NCBI GenBank assembly: GCA_039621445.1
Contig: CP154954.1
Span: 1,612,001-1,676,000, forward strand
Length of the DNA stretch: 64,000 nucleotides
Direction of reading: 5' to 3'
From: Euglena gracilis
Lineage: Eukaryota
The position numbers were made by a program, and so were the translations under genes. Under the pieces are notes generated by a model that was not told the origin of the DNA, made no database searches, and worked only from the letters and a program-made list of their open reading frames with translations. Positions 1-13,507 of this stretch are shown here, in pieces (position 1 is the first letter of the stretch; the number at the start of each line of letters is the position of its first letter).

Positions 1-1256
1 GATATTAATATAGTTGCACATATTAATATACTAATATACTTCTTGGATAGAAATTCTTTTTAATTTGAAATCAAAATATTCAAATTTACCTTAGACGTAA
101 GAACTAAATTTTTTTATAATTTTTATATTTTATTCGAAAGACTTTCTTTAAATTATGATATACAAATATAAAAAAGTAAATGATAGATTATTAAACATTG
201 TTATAAATTATCTTTATTGTTCATAAAATTTTAATTAAGGAAGTATTTATGAAAGTTATTCTATTTTATTTTAATAAACTTTTTATGAGCTGGATACATT
301 TATTGATGTTTGTCCAGTTCTTTTGAGGGAAATAATTTATCAATTTTATTTTCTATCAACTAATAACCTTCGTTGAGAAAAAGAATTTTTAAAATGTTAT
401 TTTTAATTTTTGTTTGTTTAATAAACTATTTTTTTATATATTTTTTCAAGTATTTACAATCTAAATAACGTTGAAAGTTGTATTTGTGTTTTATTTGTAT
501 TTTTTAATTAGTTTAGTTTTTTCTATTGCAAAACATTTTTTTTGTTTTAAAAATTAGAAAGTTATATTTTTATTCTATTGTAGTCCGTTCGAACTTCTTA
601 ACATTAATAATTATAAAGTTCATGCTTATGTAAAAGGAGGAGGCCTTTCTGGTCAAGCAGATGCCATTTTATGATTTTTAAGCGTTATGACCGAGTAATA
701 CCAAAAATTTAAAAAAATTAAAGATTATATTTTTGTTTTATATTGTAGAAATTTTATTTTATGTAAAAAAACTTGCTATATCAAAATCATTAAGCGTTTT
801 TATAGAAAAGGAAGACAAAAAAAACTGAAAGTGAACGGTTTTTTAACACGAAATTCTTTGTGTAAAGAAAGAAGAAGTTTGTATATTTAAGTCCTATTAT
901 TTTTTTGTATTAACTTTGTAACACTATTTACTATAAAGTTAATTCAAATATGTAATTTTTCATTAATTATTATTCATTTTATAAAAAATAGTTGTTTATA
1001 TTATATAATTTCTTTTTAATTTTAAAAACAATTTTATTTTAATAATAGGGAAAGTATAGTTTTGTATAATCGTTACAATCTCTAACAATAGATTATTAAT
1101 TAAAAAAAAGAAAATAGTATCATCTATTTCAAAAGCTTAATCTTACATTTTTTAATGAAATAAAAAAGATGTTTAGTTTTGTAACAGAACTTTTTTCTAG
1201 TTTATTAATACGGTTTGAAAAAAGCGCGCAAAGCGCCACAATTCTCAAAAAGATAG
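1..1256 (+). CDS. rps9: 30S ribosomal protein S9, 3' part, multi-intron (5' end probably outside window)
   Basis: Exons translate to PFELLNINNYKVHAYVKGGGLSGQADAI (~586-669), KLAISKSL...GFLTRNSLCKERR (~768-877) and KYGLKKARKAPQFSKR* (~1208-1256). They are separated by a ~100-nt group III-like and a ~330-nt group II-like intron. Confidence 0.9.
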
Positions 1257-1353
1257 AATCTTCTTATTTTTAAGAATAACTTCTTAATAGGTATATGTAA
1301 AAATTTTTGTAGAAAAATTTTATTTTTTTTATTATTGAAGAATTATTTTTATT

Positions 1354-1853
1354 ATGTCAACAGAAACAGATGAAATTTTAGAAAGACTTAAAAAAATTAC
1401 TTTACTAGAAGCTTACGAGCTAGTTAAACAAATTTTGGGGTTTTGTAAAAAAATTTTATTTTTTTTAGCTTTTATTATTATATTTTACATAAAATAATAT
1501 TATTTTGTTGTTATGATTTAGAATATTATTACTTTTTTGAAAATACCTTCGGTGTTGATGCTACTATTGCTTTGTCAGCTAGTAATACGAATCCATCAAT
1601 TTTACCTTCAAAAGCGGATGAAACTGTAGTGGAGGAAAAAACTGAATTTGATGTTATCATCCAAGAAGTTCCAAGTGCAAAAAGAATTAATGTTATTAAA
1701 ACTGTCCGTAGTTTAACAACATTAGGTCTTAAAGAAGCTAAAGATCTTATTGAATCTGTTCCAAAGGTTGTATGTGAGGCTGTATCAAAAGAAGTAGCAG
1801 AAGAAACTAAAAAACTTCTAGAAGAAGCAGGAGCTTCAATAATTATTAAATAA
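1354..1853 (+). CDS. rpl12: 50S ribosomal protein L7/L12; exons 1354-1434 and 1539-1853
   Basis: [27 protein letters not shown] | ENTFGVDA...[10 protein letters not shown]...[11 protein letters not shown]. The 104-nt intron starts TTGGG (NUNNG, group III). Confidence 0.93.
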
Positions 1854-2042
1854 GTTTATACATAACCTTTAAATAATATTTTTATTTATTCTATAATTAT
1901 TAGTTGTTTTCTTTATTGATTTTTTTAATTATTTTTAAAAATTGTATAAAAGAAGTACAATTCTTTTTTATAAAAGTGATTTAGTATATATTTTAGTTTT
2001 TTATATTTGGTTTAAGTGTAAAATGTTTAACTTTTAGTTATT

Positions 2043-2240
2043 ATGCTTTTATTTACATTTACGTTTCAAGCTTTAGTTTTAGCTCTAATTATTTTCTCTT
2101 TTATATTGGTTCTTACGCTGCCAGTTATTTTTGCTTCTCCTAAAGGATGGGAAAATAACAAATCTCGTATTTGGTTGGCGTGTCGCTTCTGGTTTTTTTT
2201 AGTTTTTTTAATAGGAATATTGGATGGTATTTTCTTATAA
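2043..2240 (+). CDS. psbZ: Photosystem II protein Z (Ycf9)
   Basis: 65 aa with two hydrophobic helices and the motif FQALVLAL...LPVIFASPKGWENNK. Confidence 0.93.
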   Translation: MLLFTFTFQALVLALIIFSFILVLTLPVIFASPKGWENNKSRIWLACRFWFFLVFLIGILDGIFL

Positions 2241-2405
2241 TTCATATTTTTTCTTTTTTTTATTTTTGATGAATTTTGATCTAAGAATATAGTTTAAATT
2301 AATTTAAAAAATTATGTTTTGTTTAACAATAAATCCTTATTAATTTTAACAAAAATTATTTTTTTTCTTTTTTTATAGAACGTAATTATTTATTATGAAT
2401 CTTTT

Positions 2406-3176
2406 ATGAAATATTTAAAAATATATGTTTTAAGAAGTAGGCTATTAAAAGATGGTAATTTGGCTTTTTTTAAAGTAAAAAATCTACAATTTTTTGATAA
2501 AAACTTTTTTGTTACTGAAATTAGAAGGTATTTATTACTAGATTTGTTTAGATAATTTAATTAAATTTACAATATTTTAAGATTGTTAATAAAAGAAATA
2601 AATTTTTCCTAATAAAAAATTTATATAAATATTCGTTATAATTGAAAGATTAAGATCTATTTTTTTGAGAGTTGGAACATTACAAATGTTATGTTCTTTG
2701 TCACAAATAATTTAAAAAATACTAGTACTTTTCATGTTGTTCACAACTTTTTAGGTTTAGAAGAGTTAAAACAAAGTTTACTCGAAATAACTAAAAAATT
2801 CAAACTTCTACGTTTTAAATTATGTTCAAAATCCTACCAAGGTAATAAATTTTTTGCTGTTTTAAATGCTTTTGAAGTGAAAGATTTTTTATCAGGAGAT
2901 ATAATATTTCCTCCTCATTTAAAACTACTAAATTCACGAGAATTATTGTTTACTAAAATTTCCTTTAATATTACTTTAAAAATTTTATTAAAAATAGAAG
3001 CAAAAAAAGCCAGTTTTCAAAAGCCTATTAAAAGATTAAATTTAATTATAGAAAAAGATGAATTTTTTGATAATTATATGATTTTTGATCTGACTACAGA
3101 TGGAAGTGTTACACCTTTCAATGCATTTATCAAAGCATTGCAATCTTCTAATTTAGTTACTTTAACTAATGCATAA
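2406..3176 (+). CDS. rpoA: Highly divergent RNA polymerase alpha subunit, with one short intron at ~2545-2650 (boundaries approximate)
   Basis: Exon 1 MKYLKIYVLRSR...TEIRRYLLLD (cf. NALRR.LL). Exon 2 has ITNV, HNFLGLEELKQSLLEI (cf. HEFSTI.GV.E.VLEI) and DLTTDGSVTPFNAF (cf. EI.T.GSI.P.EA). Confidence 0.75.
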
Positions 3177-3289
3177 ATTTTTTTAATATTTAAATTTAAA
3201 TTAAGATCAAAATAATTTTATATTATTTATAATAAAATATTGTGATTTGTATTAAAAACGTCAAATTTATTTTAATTTTCATTTTAATT

Positions 3290-3374
3290 CGGAGAAGGAG
3301 GGATTCGAACCCTCGGTAGCAAAAACTACGCTGGTTTTCAAGACCAGTACTTTAAACCACTCAGACACCTCTCC
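3290..3374 (-). tRNA. trnS: tRNA-Ser(UGA)
   Basis: Reverse complement GGAGAGGTGTCTGAGTGG...CTTGAAA...GGTTCGAATCCCTCCTTCTCCG, with long variable arm. Confidence 0.96.
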
Positions 3375-3384
3375 TTTCTGTTTT

Positions 3385-3458
3385 TCGGGATGACAGGATT
3401 CGAACCTGCGACCCTTGCATCCCAAATGCAATGCGCTACCAAACTGCGCTACATCCCG
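3385..3458 (-). tRNA. trnP: tRNA-Pro(UGG)
   Basis: Reverse complement CGGGATGTAGCGCAGTTTGGTAGCGC...TTTGGGA...GGTTCGAATCCTGTCATCCCG. Confidence 0.96.
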
Positions 3459-3553
3459 ATAAGGTTTTCTTTATTATTTATAATAAATTTACAAAAATCG
3501 TTATAGATTTAATGAACGTATTTGTATGAAATTGAAAGGTAAATTTTATTTAG

Positions 3554-3685
<132 letters not shown>

Positions 3686-3698
3686 AAATTTGAAGTAT

Positions 3699-3735
3699 TA
3701 AAACTAAAGAATATTAAAAAAAATCTTTAGTTTTA
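3699..3735. terminator. 12-bp stem-loop between convergent psaJ and rps18
   Basis: TAAAACTAAAGA (3699-3710) pairs with TCTTTAGTTTTA (3724-3735). The second arm lies inside the last rps18 codons. Confidence 0.5.
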
Positions 3736-4443
3736 AAAGGAAGTAAGCCTAAATAGCGTGCTTGTTTAACTTTTGAATATACTTTTATTAAAATGTAGTC
3801 ATAATATTAATCTTTAAAATGCGTATATTTTAATCTACTAAAGAAAATAATTTTAATTTTTAATTAAATAATTTAAATTATTTTATTTTTAATTAAAATT
3901 TTTAATCTTACAATTTTGTAATTTTTAAAAAATAAGAACAATCATTTTACAAATTTATATTAAAAATAACTAAATGTTTTTCAAAATATAAAGAATTTTA
4001 TAAAAAATATGTATTTGTTTTTAAAATTTTTGTGGAATACTCAATTTTATTGTTTTAATGTCACTATTATTTTTACTATTTTTTAATAATTTTAACGTGA
4101 AAACATAATATGTTTTTTCTTAGAAAGACAAAAAAATTTTTTATTGTTTGATTATTGATATTATTGTCATTTTAATTTTTTTAATATTTTAAATAAAATC
4201 AAAAAGATTTTCTTAGAAGACGGTGCTGTTTATATGTTAATTTAGGTTTGTTTAATCGTTTTGGAATTATTTTACCTTGAAAGTTTATGAATCTTCTAAG
4301 AATATTAACATTTTTATAATCAATAAGTGCTGGGTATATGATAAAAATTCTTTCTAAAATTTTGTTAAGATTTATATTAAAAATAATTTTATTTTATAAT
4401 ATTTTTATTTTAATTTATTTAAAAGTACAATCACAAATTTCAT
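3714..4443 (-). CDS. rps18: 30S ribosomal protein S18; exons ~4443-4437 (start uncertain), ~4336-4205 and 3770-3714
   Basis: [44 protein letters not shown] | [18 protein letters not shown]. Intron 4204-3771 (434 nt) starts TTTTG. Confidence 0.88.
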
Positions 4444-4628
4444 AAAGTTAAAACATCTTATAACATAAATAAATTTAATATAAATTTAGTTAAAATTTAT
4501 TAAATTTGTTCCCATTATTAAGGGAAAAATTTTGTTTTTTATTTACTGAATTTTTTAAAGTTTTTCATTTATTCGGGCAAATACATAGATATTATTGGCA
4601 TATTTTTACTATTATAACTAATATCGAG

Positions 4629-7302
4629 TTATTTAATTCTTTTTTTGAAATTTTTTTTTAAATCAATAATAGTGAATTTAAGTAATAATTCTGCCTCTTG
4701 TGTAAAAGTTTTAGTTTTATTTATTATTTCTTTAAAAGTGGGTTTTTCATTATTGATGTGCTCTCGTAATTCTATAAGGAATCCCCTAACATCTTCAAGA
4801 TTTATATCGTCCAAGTATCCATTAATACCTGTATATATTGTTGCCACTTGATCTGCTACTGACAATGGTGAAGCTTGAGGTTGTTTTAATAATTCTCTTA
4901 ATCTTGCACCACGAGCCAATTGATTTTGTGTAGCTTGATCTAAATCTGACGCAAATTGTGAAAAAGCCTCTAATTCTGCAAATTGAGCTAGTTCTAATTT
5001 AAGTTTTCCTGCTACTTGTTTCATAGCTTTTATCTGCGCAGCAGATCCAACTCTTGACACGGAAATACCTACATTAATAGCTGGACGAATCCCCGAATTA
5101 AATATGTCGGCTGATAAAAAGACTTGTCCGTCCGTAATAGAAATAACATTTGTAGGTATGTATGCTGAAACATCTCCTGCTTGAGTTTCTACAATTGGTA
5201 AAGCTGTCATACTTCCTTGTCCTAATTCATCACTTAATTTAGCTGCTCGTTCTAATAATCTTGAATGTAAATAGAATACATCTCCCGGATATGCTTCGCG
5301 TCCAGGTGGACGACGTAGTAATAATGACATTTGTCTATAAGCTTGTGCTTGTTTTCGTGATAGAAAATTTAAATATAACAATTTCTTCATAAAGAATCGT
5401 GCATGCAAGTTTTAGTGCACACGGCTCAAATCAATAATTATAATAATAATATTTTTAGTTAATAATAATAATAATTCTTCAAGGTTTACTAGTAATAATA
5501 TCCAAAAAACAATTTTAAATAGTACTTTCTTTTATTTGTAAATTAACTAATCTTGAAAGACTTTCATATCAAAGAATAAATATAAAAAATATTATTTTTA
5601 GCAATATATTTTTGTTAGTTGTTATACCCTTATTTTTAAGAATTATTATTAAAATTTTATAGAAAATAGAAAACATTAGTAAATTACGATTATATTATCT
5701 TTCAAAAAATTATAAAATTTTTAGTTTTTTGTGTTCAAAAAATTTTACTTAAATAATACTTACAATCAAAAAATAAGAGTTCAATTATTGACAAAATTTT
5801 AATAAAAGCTTAGTTCGTTTAATTTTGTGTTTTTAATGTTTATAAATCTTTCATCTAAATATTCTTTAGTATAAAAAATAACAATAAGACTTTTACAACT
5901 CGCAATGAAAGATCATCATAAATAACTAACGTATGTTTTCCATTATACACGTTGGTAAATATAATAATTACTCAATATATTTCCTTTCAGAAACGTACAT
6001 GAAGCTTTTACTTCATACGGCTCCTATCATATGAATAATTTCTTTTAAACAAATTATAAAGTCATATTTTGTTTACGAAATTGCAAATGTTATCAAATTT
6101 TGGGTTTATTTTTTTAATTAATTAAAAATTTTAACATTAATTCAATTCGCTTTTATAATTTTATATTTAGCATTTTGTTAACCTAAAATCCATATAATGG
6201 GAAAAAAATTATAACCTAACAAGTTTCTCTTTCTATTTTAATAAAAAGATTTTTTGTTTATAATAATTTAGTTAAAAAATTATTAAATAATTTCATAATT
6301 CAATAATGAAATTAAGCATAATATTACAGACAAATAAAACAATTTTAAGACAATAATTCTATTTTAAATAACCTTTTTTATTTCCATATAACTACTTTGC
6401 TTCATGCTTTAATGTATAATATAATTGAAGATTACAATTTAAATAAAAAATTTATAAGAATAAAAATTAATAATTTACTTATAATAAAAAAGAGATTTAA
6501 AATTTTTAATTATGTTTTTTATAAAATTTGTTTTAAGACAACATGCCGCACTGAAATATTCCGCCAAAGCTGCACCTGTATAAGGAGCTAAATATTGTAG
6601 TGTAGCAGATGAATCCGCATTTTCTGCAACTATTATTGTATATTCCATAGCCCCACGTTTTTCTAACGTAGTTACTATTTGTGAAACAGAAGACGCTTTC
6701 TGTCCAATAGCTACGTAAACACAAATAACCCCTTGTCCTTTTTGGTTTAAAATCGTATCTGTAGCAACAGCTGTTTTGCCTGTTTGGCGATCACCAATAA
6801 TAAGTTCGCGTTGTCCTCTTCCTATTGGAATCATTGCATCTATCGCAATTAATCCTGTTTGCAAAGGTTCATGAACTGAACGTCTTGAAACAATACCTGG
6901 AGCAGGAGACTCTATTAATCGTGTTGTAAATGATGCAATATCCCCTTTTCCATCTATAGGACGTGCCAAGGCATCAACAACTCGACCTAAAAAACCTCTA
7001 CCTACAGGAATTTGAGCAATCTTTCCTGTTGTTTTAACTGAAGCACCTTCTTTTAAATTAGTAGCTTCGCCCATTAAAACGGCTCCAACATTGTCAGCCT
7101 CTAAATTCAAAGCAATTCCAATAGTACCTTCATCAAATTCTACAAGTTCGCCCGCCATCACTTTTTCAAGCCCATAAATCCTAGCTATTCCGTCCCCTAC
7201 TTGAAGCACAGTTCCTACGTTAACAATTTTTAATTCTTGACGATATTTCTTTACCTGTTGACGAATTATCCTAGTAACTTCATTCGGGCGAACTCTGATC
7301 AT
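4629..7302 (-). CDS. atpA: ATP synthase CF1 alpha; exons 7302-6552, ~5949-5906 and 5354-4629
   Basis: GDRQTGKT P-loop, [32 protein letters not shown]. Introns start GTGCG and TTGCG and carry group II domain V-like 3' ends. Confidence 0.97.
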
Positions 7303-7406
7303 AGCTTGGGCCTGGGGCATATATAGACAATGCTAAACATATAAATACAAAATTAATAAGTCAAAATTTTCAACATAAACAATACATATATGTATTTAGT
7401 TTTTTC

Positions 7407-9564
7407 TTAGTATTTAGGTTTTAATTTCTTAAGCGACATTTTTTCCATTTTTTTCAGAATAATTTTTTTATGAATTTTTGAATTTAGACGTTTAATAATA
7501 GTCGCTTTAGCTTTTTGACAGGCTTGTGAATATAAATTTTTAAAAATTTCTCTAACAGATTTTTTATCTTCCGTTCTTAATATTAAACGCTTTGATTGCT
7601 TTAAACGTTTAATATCTTCATTAACGGAAGAACGAATTATATCAAAACTTTTAAGGCGATAAAGTAGTTTTTTAATACTCTTATCCGAAACCATACACGA
7701 TTTATTTCCAATCATATGGCTATTCAATTAAAATTGTATTTTATTTGTTTTATTATAAGTTTGAAAATAATTTGAAACAAATTTTATAAATTGAAATTGC
7801 GTTTGTAAATTAGTATTTTTTATAAACCAGCTTTTTTAGCAAAAAATTTACCTATAAGAATCGTCCTTTTATAATAATTTTTATTACTTCGTTATTTTTA
7901 CTGATAATATATTACTAATAAATATGATTGTTCACCAAAAGTTTTAAGATAGTTAACATAATATAAAGTTGTTTTATTACAAATTTTTATATTATTTTCT
8001 TATAGTTATATTAATTTCTTCTCAATAACATAATATAACCTAACTTGATAAGCAAAATTATACTTAACGGTGATTGAAGAAACATTTTGATTATCTATTT
8101 TATAAAATGTGAAATAAAAAATTAACAATGAAAAGTTTATAATCTTATTTTTCTCTTGCTTATAATATTTCTATAATTTTCATGATAAGAGATAAATTAT
8201 TCTTTTAAAAATATTTAGTAAAATACTAATTTTAGAAATTTCCTCTATTCCCATAAAAATAAATATAATTTTAAATAGACGAATCACACAAAATGTTGTA
8301 CCATTAGAACGAATTAAAGAAGCTTTTTTAGCTGCATTTTCAAATTCAAGTTCAGCAAGATATAAAGAACTTTGCGAAGAACGGATCTTTTCATCAATAT
8401 CTAAAATATTTTTAATTATAGTTTTTTTTCGCGTTTTTAGTAAATCACTTAAATTAGATAAAAATAAAATTTTCCTTTCAAAAAGGTATGAGCAAAATTT
8501 TTTGCATACGTCTTAAATCTATATAATATTCATTAATATCTATTTCAAAATTATCGGAAATTGATCTTCTATCTTTAAAGAATTTCTATAATTTTTAAGT
8601 TTAAAATTAATGATAAATATTTTAATGTTTTTAACATTACCGTTGTATTAAAAAATAAATGATTCTTACTTATAAAAAATTTAACTTATAATAATTATAA
8701 CTGTTATCACAACAAAATTACATAAAAGCTTTTATATAAAATTATTTTTTAAAATATAATTTATATTAATTTTACTGAATTTGTAAAATTAAAATTAAAA
8801 ATAATGACTAAAAAGTTAACTTTCCATAATAAAACAGGGTTCCAACTACTATCGCTAAATTTATAATATTCGTTTCAAAAACATTTGTATTTATACCGAA
8901 AGTCTTAGCGTTAGAAATGATAGTGAAAATATTAAAATTATCAATTATTTAGATAGATATATAATGAGAAAATTCTCGATATCCCCAAATACACCGTATT
9001 TGAACTTTTCAGATCATACAGCGTTTTAAAAATTTAAAAACAACACTTTACCTATTAAATTAAAATATTTTTTAAAATAGTTCTAGAATTATCTTTCAAG
9101 TTTAATAAGAAAAACAATAATACGAAATTCCAACTTTAATAAATATTTTTATATTTCATATAACAACGTATCTTAATTTTAATGTTTTTTAATCATTAGG
9201 TTTAATATTATGTTCAAATTATAATAGAAGTGTTTAAAATTTTTAAAACATGATATTAAAAAAAATTTTTATTATAAAAATTTAGTATATTTTAACTACA
9301 ATTTATTATTAATATATTTGTAAATTATAATTTAAATAAATCTAACCTTTGAAATAACATGTATAAACTTAATCTACCGTTATTCCGGCAAATATATTTA
9401 TTCTAATTGAAAAATGAATAATATTTGTAAAAATAGATTAAAATTTTTTCGCAATGTAATCTTTTTCATGTAAAATTATTAAAATAAGATTAATAGCCAA
9501 ACAGCCAAATTTAACTAAAAATTTTAGAAAAGTAATTTATTGTCATTAACGTTTCACACACCAC
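7407..9564 (-). CDS. atpF: ATP synthase CF0 subunit b (I), GTG start, 3 group II introns
   Basis: GTG GT | A ATT GAT... gives MVIDNFNIF...FGINTNVFETNIINLAIVVGTLFYYGK, then LSDLLKTRKKTI... and a C-terminal exon ending at 7407. It lies between atpH and atpA. Confidence 0.85.
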
Positions 9565-9679
9565 GATATTTTTTACACAATAGTTGCTTTCATTTTAGGA
9601 AACCTCAAAATATAAACTATACAGTATTATACTCTCGATTAAATTTTAAAATTTTTTTATTAAAAATCTAATATTAAAA

Positions 9680-9943
<264 letters not shown>

Positions 9944-10057
9944 TTATTGCTTAAAAGTTAAATTTTGAACTTTTAATTTAATTAAATTAAAGAATAAAGG
10001 ATTGAATATTAAAAATTAATACTTGGGTAATAAAATGTTACTTAATATCACTTACTA

Positions 10058-11672
10058 TTAATGATGACCTTCCATTGCTTCACCGATATAATTTAGATAA
10101 AAATAATCCTTCATAAACTAAAAAAAATAATAGTATTAATTAGTTCTATAATTGTCATTATAAAAAATACAAATTTTAATAAATGGGAAATCGCGTTGAT
10201 CCAGACAAAGTTGCAAAAATTAAAGCTTGAATACCACTAGTAAATAAACCTAAAAAAATTAAAGGAACAGGAACAATTAGCGGTACCAAAGAAACCAATA
10301 CCGCTACTACTAATTCATCTGCTAAAATATTACCAAAAAGTCTGAAACTTAAGGAAAGAGGTTTAGTAAAATCCTCCAAAATATTAATGGGCAATAAAAT
10401 TGGAGTAGGTTGAACATATTTTTTAAAATATGTTAAGTTTAATAGAATTTAAATTCTTTATTAAGTAATTAATAAAAAAACTATAAAATTTATATAAATT
10501 AAAGTAAGCTTAGTAAATTTAAAATTCTTTAATAAAATATACGACAAAACCTTTTTTGTTAAGTCCAGCATAAAAATACGCTAAAGATGTCAATATAGCA
10601 AGTCCTGCCGTAGTATTAAATAGATAGAAAACATCCTCTTAAAATTTATACCTACATTACAAAACGTATATAACTTACAATTATAAAAAAAAGATCTAAC
10701 AACTACACTTTAATAAATGTTGAGTCTTATCTATAAATAAATAATAAAATTAATAAATACATATTTGTTTTATCAGAAATCTTTATCAACTATAAATGTT
10801 AAAAAAAAAAAGGATATTTTATTGCAAATATTTAATAAATTAACCAAATTTTAGAGTTTCAGACAAATAAAATTACTTTATTAATTCCATTGCTTTATAA
10901 ACCATTTTGAATAAACTTTTTATGATAAATTCAAAACGCACATATCATTTGTAGGTGCTCCCAACTCTCCATTTGGAAGTTCAATAATTTTCCAAGGAAT
11001 TAGTGCCCCTGACCAATTTGACACAAAGATAAATAAAAACATAGTTCCAATATAAGGAACCCATTTTGAATATTCTTTTTCACCTATTTGAGTTTTTGAA
11101 ATGTCTGTTATAAATTCTGTGACAAGTTCTATAAAAATTTGTTTGTTTGCTGGTACTAAAGTAAGATTTTTTGTAGTATAAATACTTAAAAAACCTATTA
11201 TTAATATAACAATCCAAGAATTAATTAATACTTGCCCGTGAATTTGAAAACCTAAAATTGACCAATAAAAGTGTTGCCCAACTTCTTAAAAATAATAAAA
11301 TATTTTTAAATATTCTTATAAATAGCAATAAATTTGAATTAAAGTTTCTACATCTGAACTTTTAAATGAAAATTATTTAAATCGCAAAACATTAGCAATT
11401 TTTAAAAGTTAAAATTTTCTTAGGAAGTATTTAATCAAAATATTTATATTTATAAAAAATCCGAAAAAATTTTTATTGTTAAAAGAATGTTTAATTTTTA
11501 AAATCAACAGAAAAATGCCCGAAATAAACATGTTTACAGAAAAAATTTTTTAAAAAAGTTTTAACTAAAAGAAGAAGTCTTAAAAATTCAAAAAATTAAA
11601 AAATATAATTAAAACAAACTTCATATGAAAGGGATTGAAATCACAAAAATAATATAATAAAACAATCTTCAT
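10058..11672 (-). CDS. atpI: ATP synthase CF0 subunit a (IV), about 6 introns and several tiny 5' exons
   Basis: Exons MKIVLLYY / VNMFISGI / IANV / EVGQHFYW...GELGAPTND / NTTAGLA / [33 protein letters not shown] / [10 protein letters not shown]. Confidence 0.92.
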
Positions 11673-11714
11673 TTCTCGAAAAAAAAAAAATTATTATGAA
11701 AGTCACTGAAACCT

Positions 11715-13139
11715 TTAAGAAAGTTTTTTGAATTTTTTATACTTATCAAATTTTTGTCTTACTTTGTTGTTAACGCCCCGATTTATGGAATTACAAAGAA
11801 CACTCAAAATTAAAGAAACAGAAAGAATAGAATCATCATTTGAAGGAATAGGATATTTAGTAAGTGTGGGGTCACAATTGGTATCTAAATAAAATACGCA
11901 TTTAATTTAAAAATTAATACGCTTCATCAAACTGAACAAGAAAACGATTTAAAGTTTCATACAGCTTTGAATAATTATTTATTTAAAGTTATTAAAACTT
12001 GTTACAAAAAAACAAAACTTTTTCATTATTTAATTTTTAAAAATTATTCATAAACCTCAAAGGTAGTTTATTGTTATATTAAAAACTATATTACTAAATA
12101 ACAAAATAAAATATCGAGAAATAATTTGTTACTATATTCATTCAAATTTAATTGTAATTATTTAATAATTAATTCTAATAATTATTTTTAAAGAATTTTC
12201 ATTTTATAAATTTTTTATTCTTTAATAAAAAAAATTCTACTATGGAAAAAAGAGATACTTAAAACATGAATAACGCACTATAGTTATACTAGCAATACCT
12301 AACTTTTTACATTCACGTACAGCATTTATCTCCTTGTTTTGTCCTATTATAATAACAATTTCAGGACGTTCAGTCATATCTCTCATACCGGAAAAATATT
12401 TTTTAAGCTAATTAAATAGAATATTCTTTCGATTAATTATCTAGTTTGAAAATAAATATATTTATAAAAATTTTAAAATTTAGTTAAAAAATAAAAATTG
12501 AGTCACATTTAAGAGTTTTTTTTTTAGTACTAAACGTTCTTTTTTTGTTAATAAGTTGTGATGCTTTTCTTTTTGTTTTGATTTTAGCATAAAATTTTAT
12601 TGCAACAAAAATAAAATAATCCCAAAATTATTCTTAATTTTATAATTAAATGTAATTTAGTTATAAATAAAATTTATAATTTTTATTATCAAAAAATTGC
12701 TTTAATTTATTTATGCAATTTTTAATTGTTATCCAATTTGTCAATATACCGCCCAACCAACGTTTTGTTACAAAAAAAGAATTACATTTTAAAGCGATTT
12801 TTTGTGTTAAAATAGAAAAAAAGCGTTTTGTACAAACAAAAAGAGCCATTAAGATTAAAAATTTTTCTAATAAATATTCATAAAAAATTTATAAAGCTTT
12901 TTAAAAAATGCTAAAATCTAACAGATTGGTTTTCATAAAAAGTCACAACTTTTACCTTTACGTACAGAACGTATAAGGAAATTGCAAGCTTTTTTTAAAC
13001 AAACTATAGTCTGTAACAAATCGATAATATGAAGACCTTTGCGTTCTCCATAAATATAAATTCTCATTCTTGGATTCCATTGTTTAACCTTATGACCAAG
13101 ATGAACACTAGAATTAAGCATTTTTTCTACAGTAATCAT
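11715..13139 (-). CDS. rps2: 30S ribosomal protein S2, about 4 introns
   Basis: [16 protein letters not shown]...[49 protein letters not shown]. Confidence 0.93.
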
Positions 13140-13309
13140 ATTTAATTAAATTTAAAAAACGAGTAGCGTAACATACATATAAAGAAAATAATAGTTATAA
13201 AAGATATATAAAAATATTTCATAAAAAAAAATTTTCTTTATTATTTTAAGAAGTAAATACCGGAATCATCTATGTATTTTTTGTTTTATTGTTTCTTCAA
13301 TTCTCTTAA

Positions 13310-13381
13310 AGACGACACCCAGAATCGAACTGGGGAATAAAAGATTTGCAATCTTCTGCCTTACCGCTTGGCCATGCCGCC
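13310..13381 (-). tRNA. trnC: tRNA-Cys(GCA)
   Basis: Reverse complement GGCGGCATGGCCAAGCGGTAAGGC...TTGCAAA...CCCAGTTCGATTCTGGG. Confidence 0.95.
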
Positions 13382-13382
13382 A

Positions 13383-13455
13383 TGCTAGGAACCAGATTTG
13401 AACTGGTGACACAAGGATTTTCAGTCCTCCGCTCTACCAACTGAGCTATCCCAGC
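13383..13455 (-). tRNA. trnF: tRNA-Phe(GAA)
   Basis: Reverse complement GCTGGGATAGCTCAGTTGGTAGAGC...CTGAAAA...ACCAGTTCAAATCTGGT. Confidence 0.96.
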
Positions 13456-13507
13456 TATTATTATTATAAATTAATTTATACTTATATTATTATAAGTAAA
13501 TTTAAGT

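Noticed and set aside
811-830. Apparent frameshift or premature TGA in rps9 (GAC-A8-CTG)
   Set aside because: One extra A restores KKKLKVNGFLTR. This is a typical homopolymer error, not a pseudogene or programmed frameshift.
4645-4851. Short antisense or alternate-frame ORFs (also 6397, 6533, 16189, 16828, 36138, 43515, 46386, 50121, 52957, 60358)
   Set aside because: They are shadows of conserved genes with no recognisable motifs.
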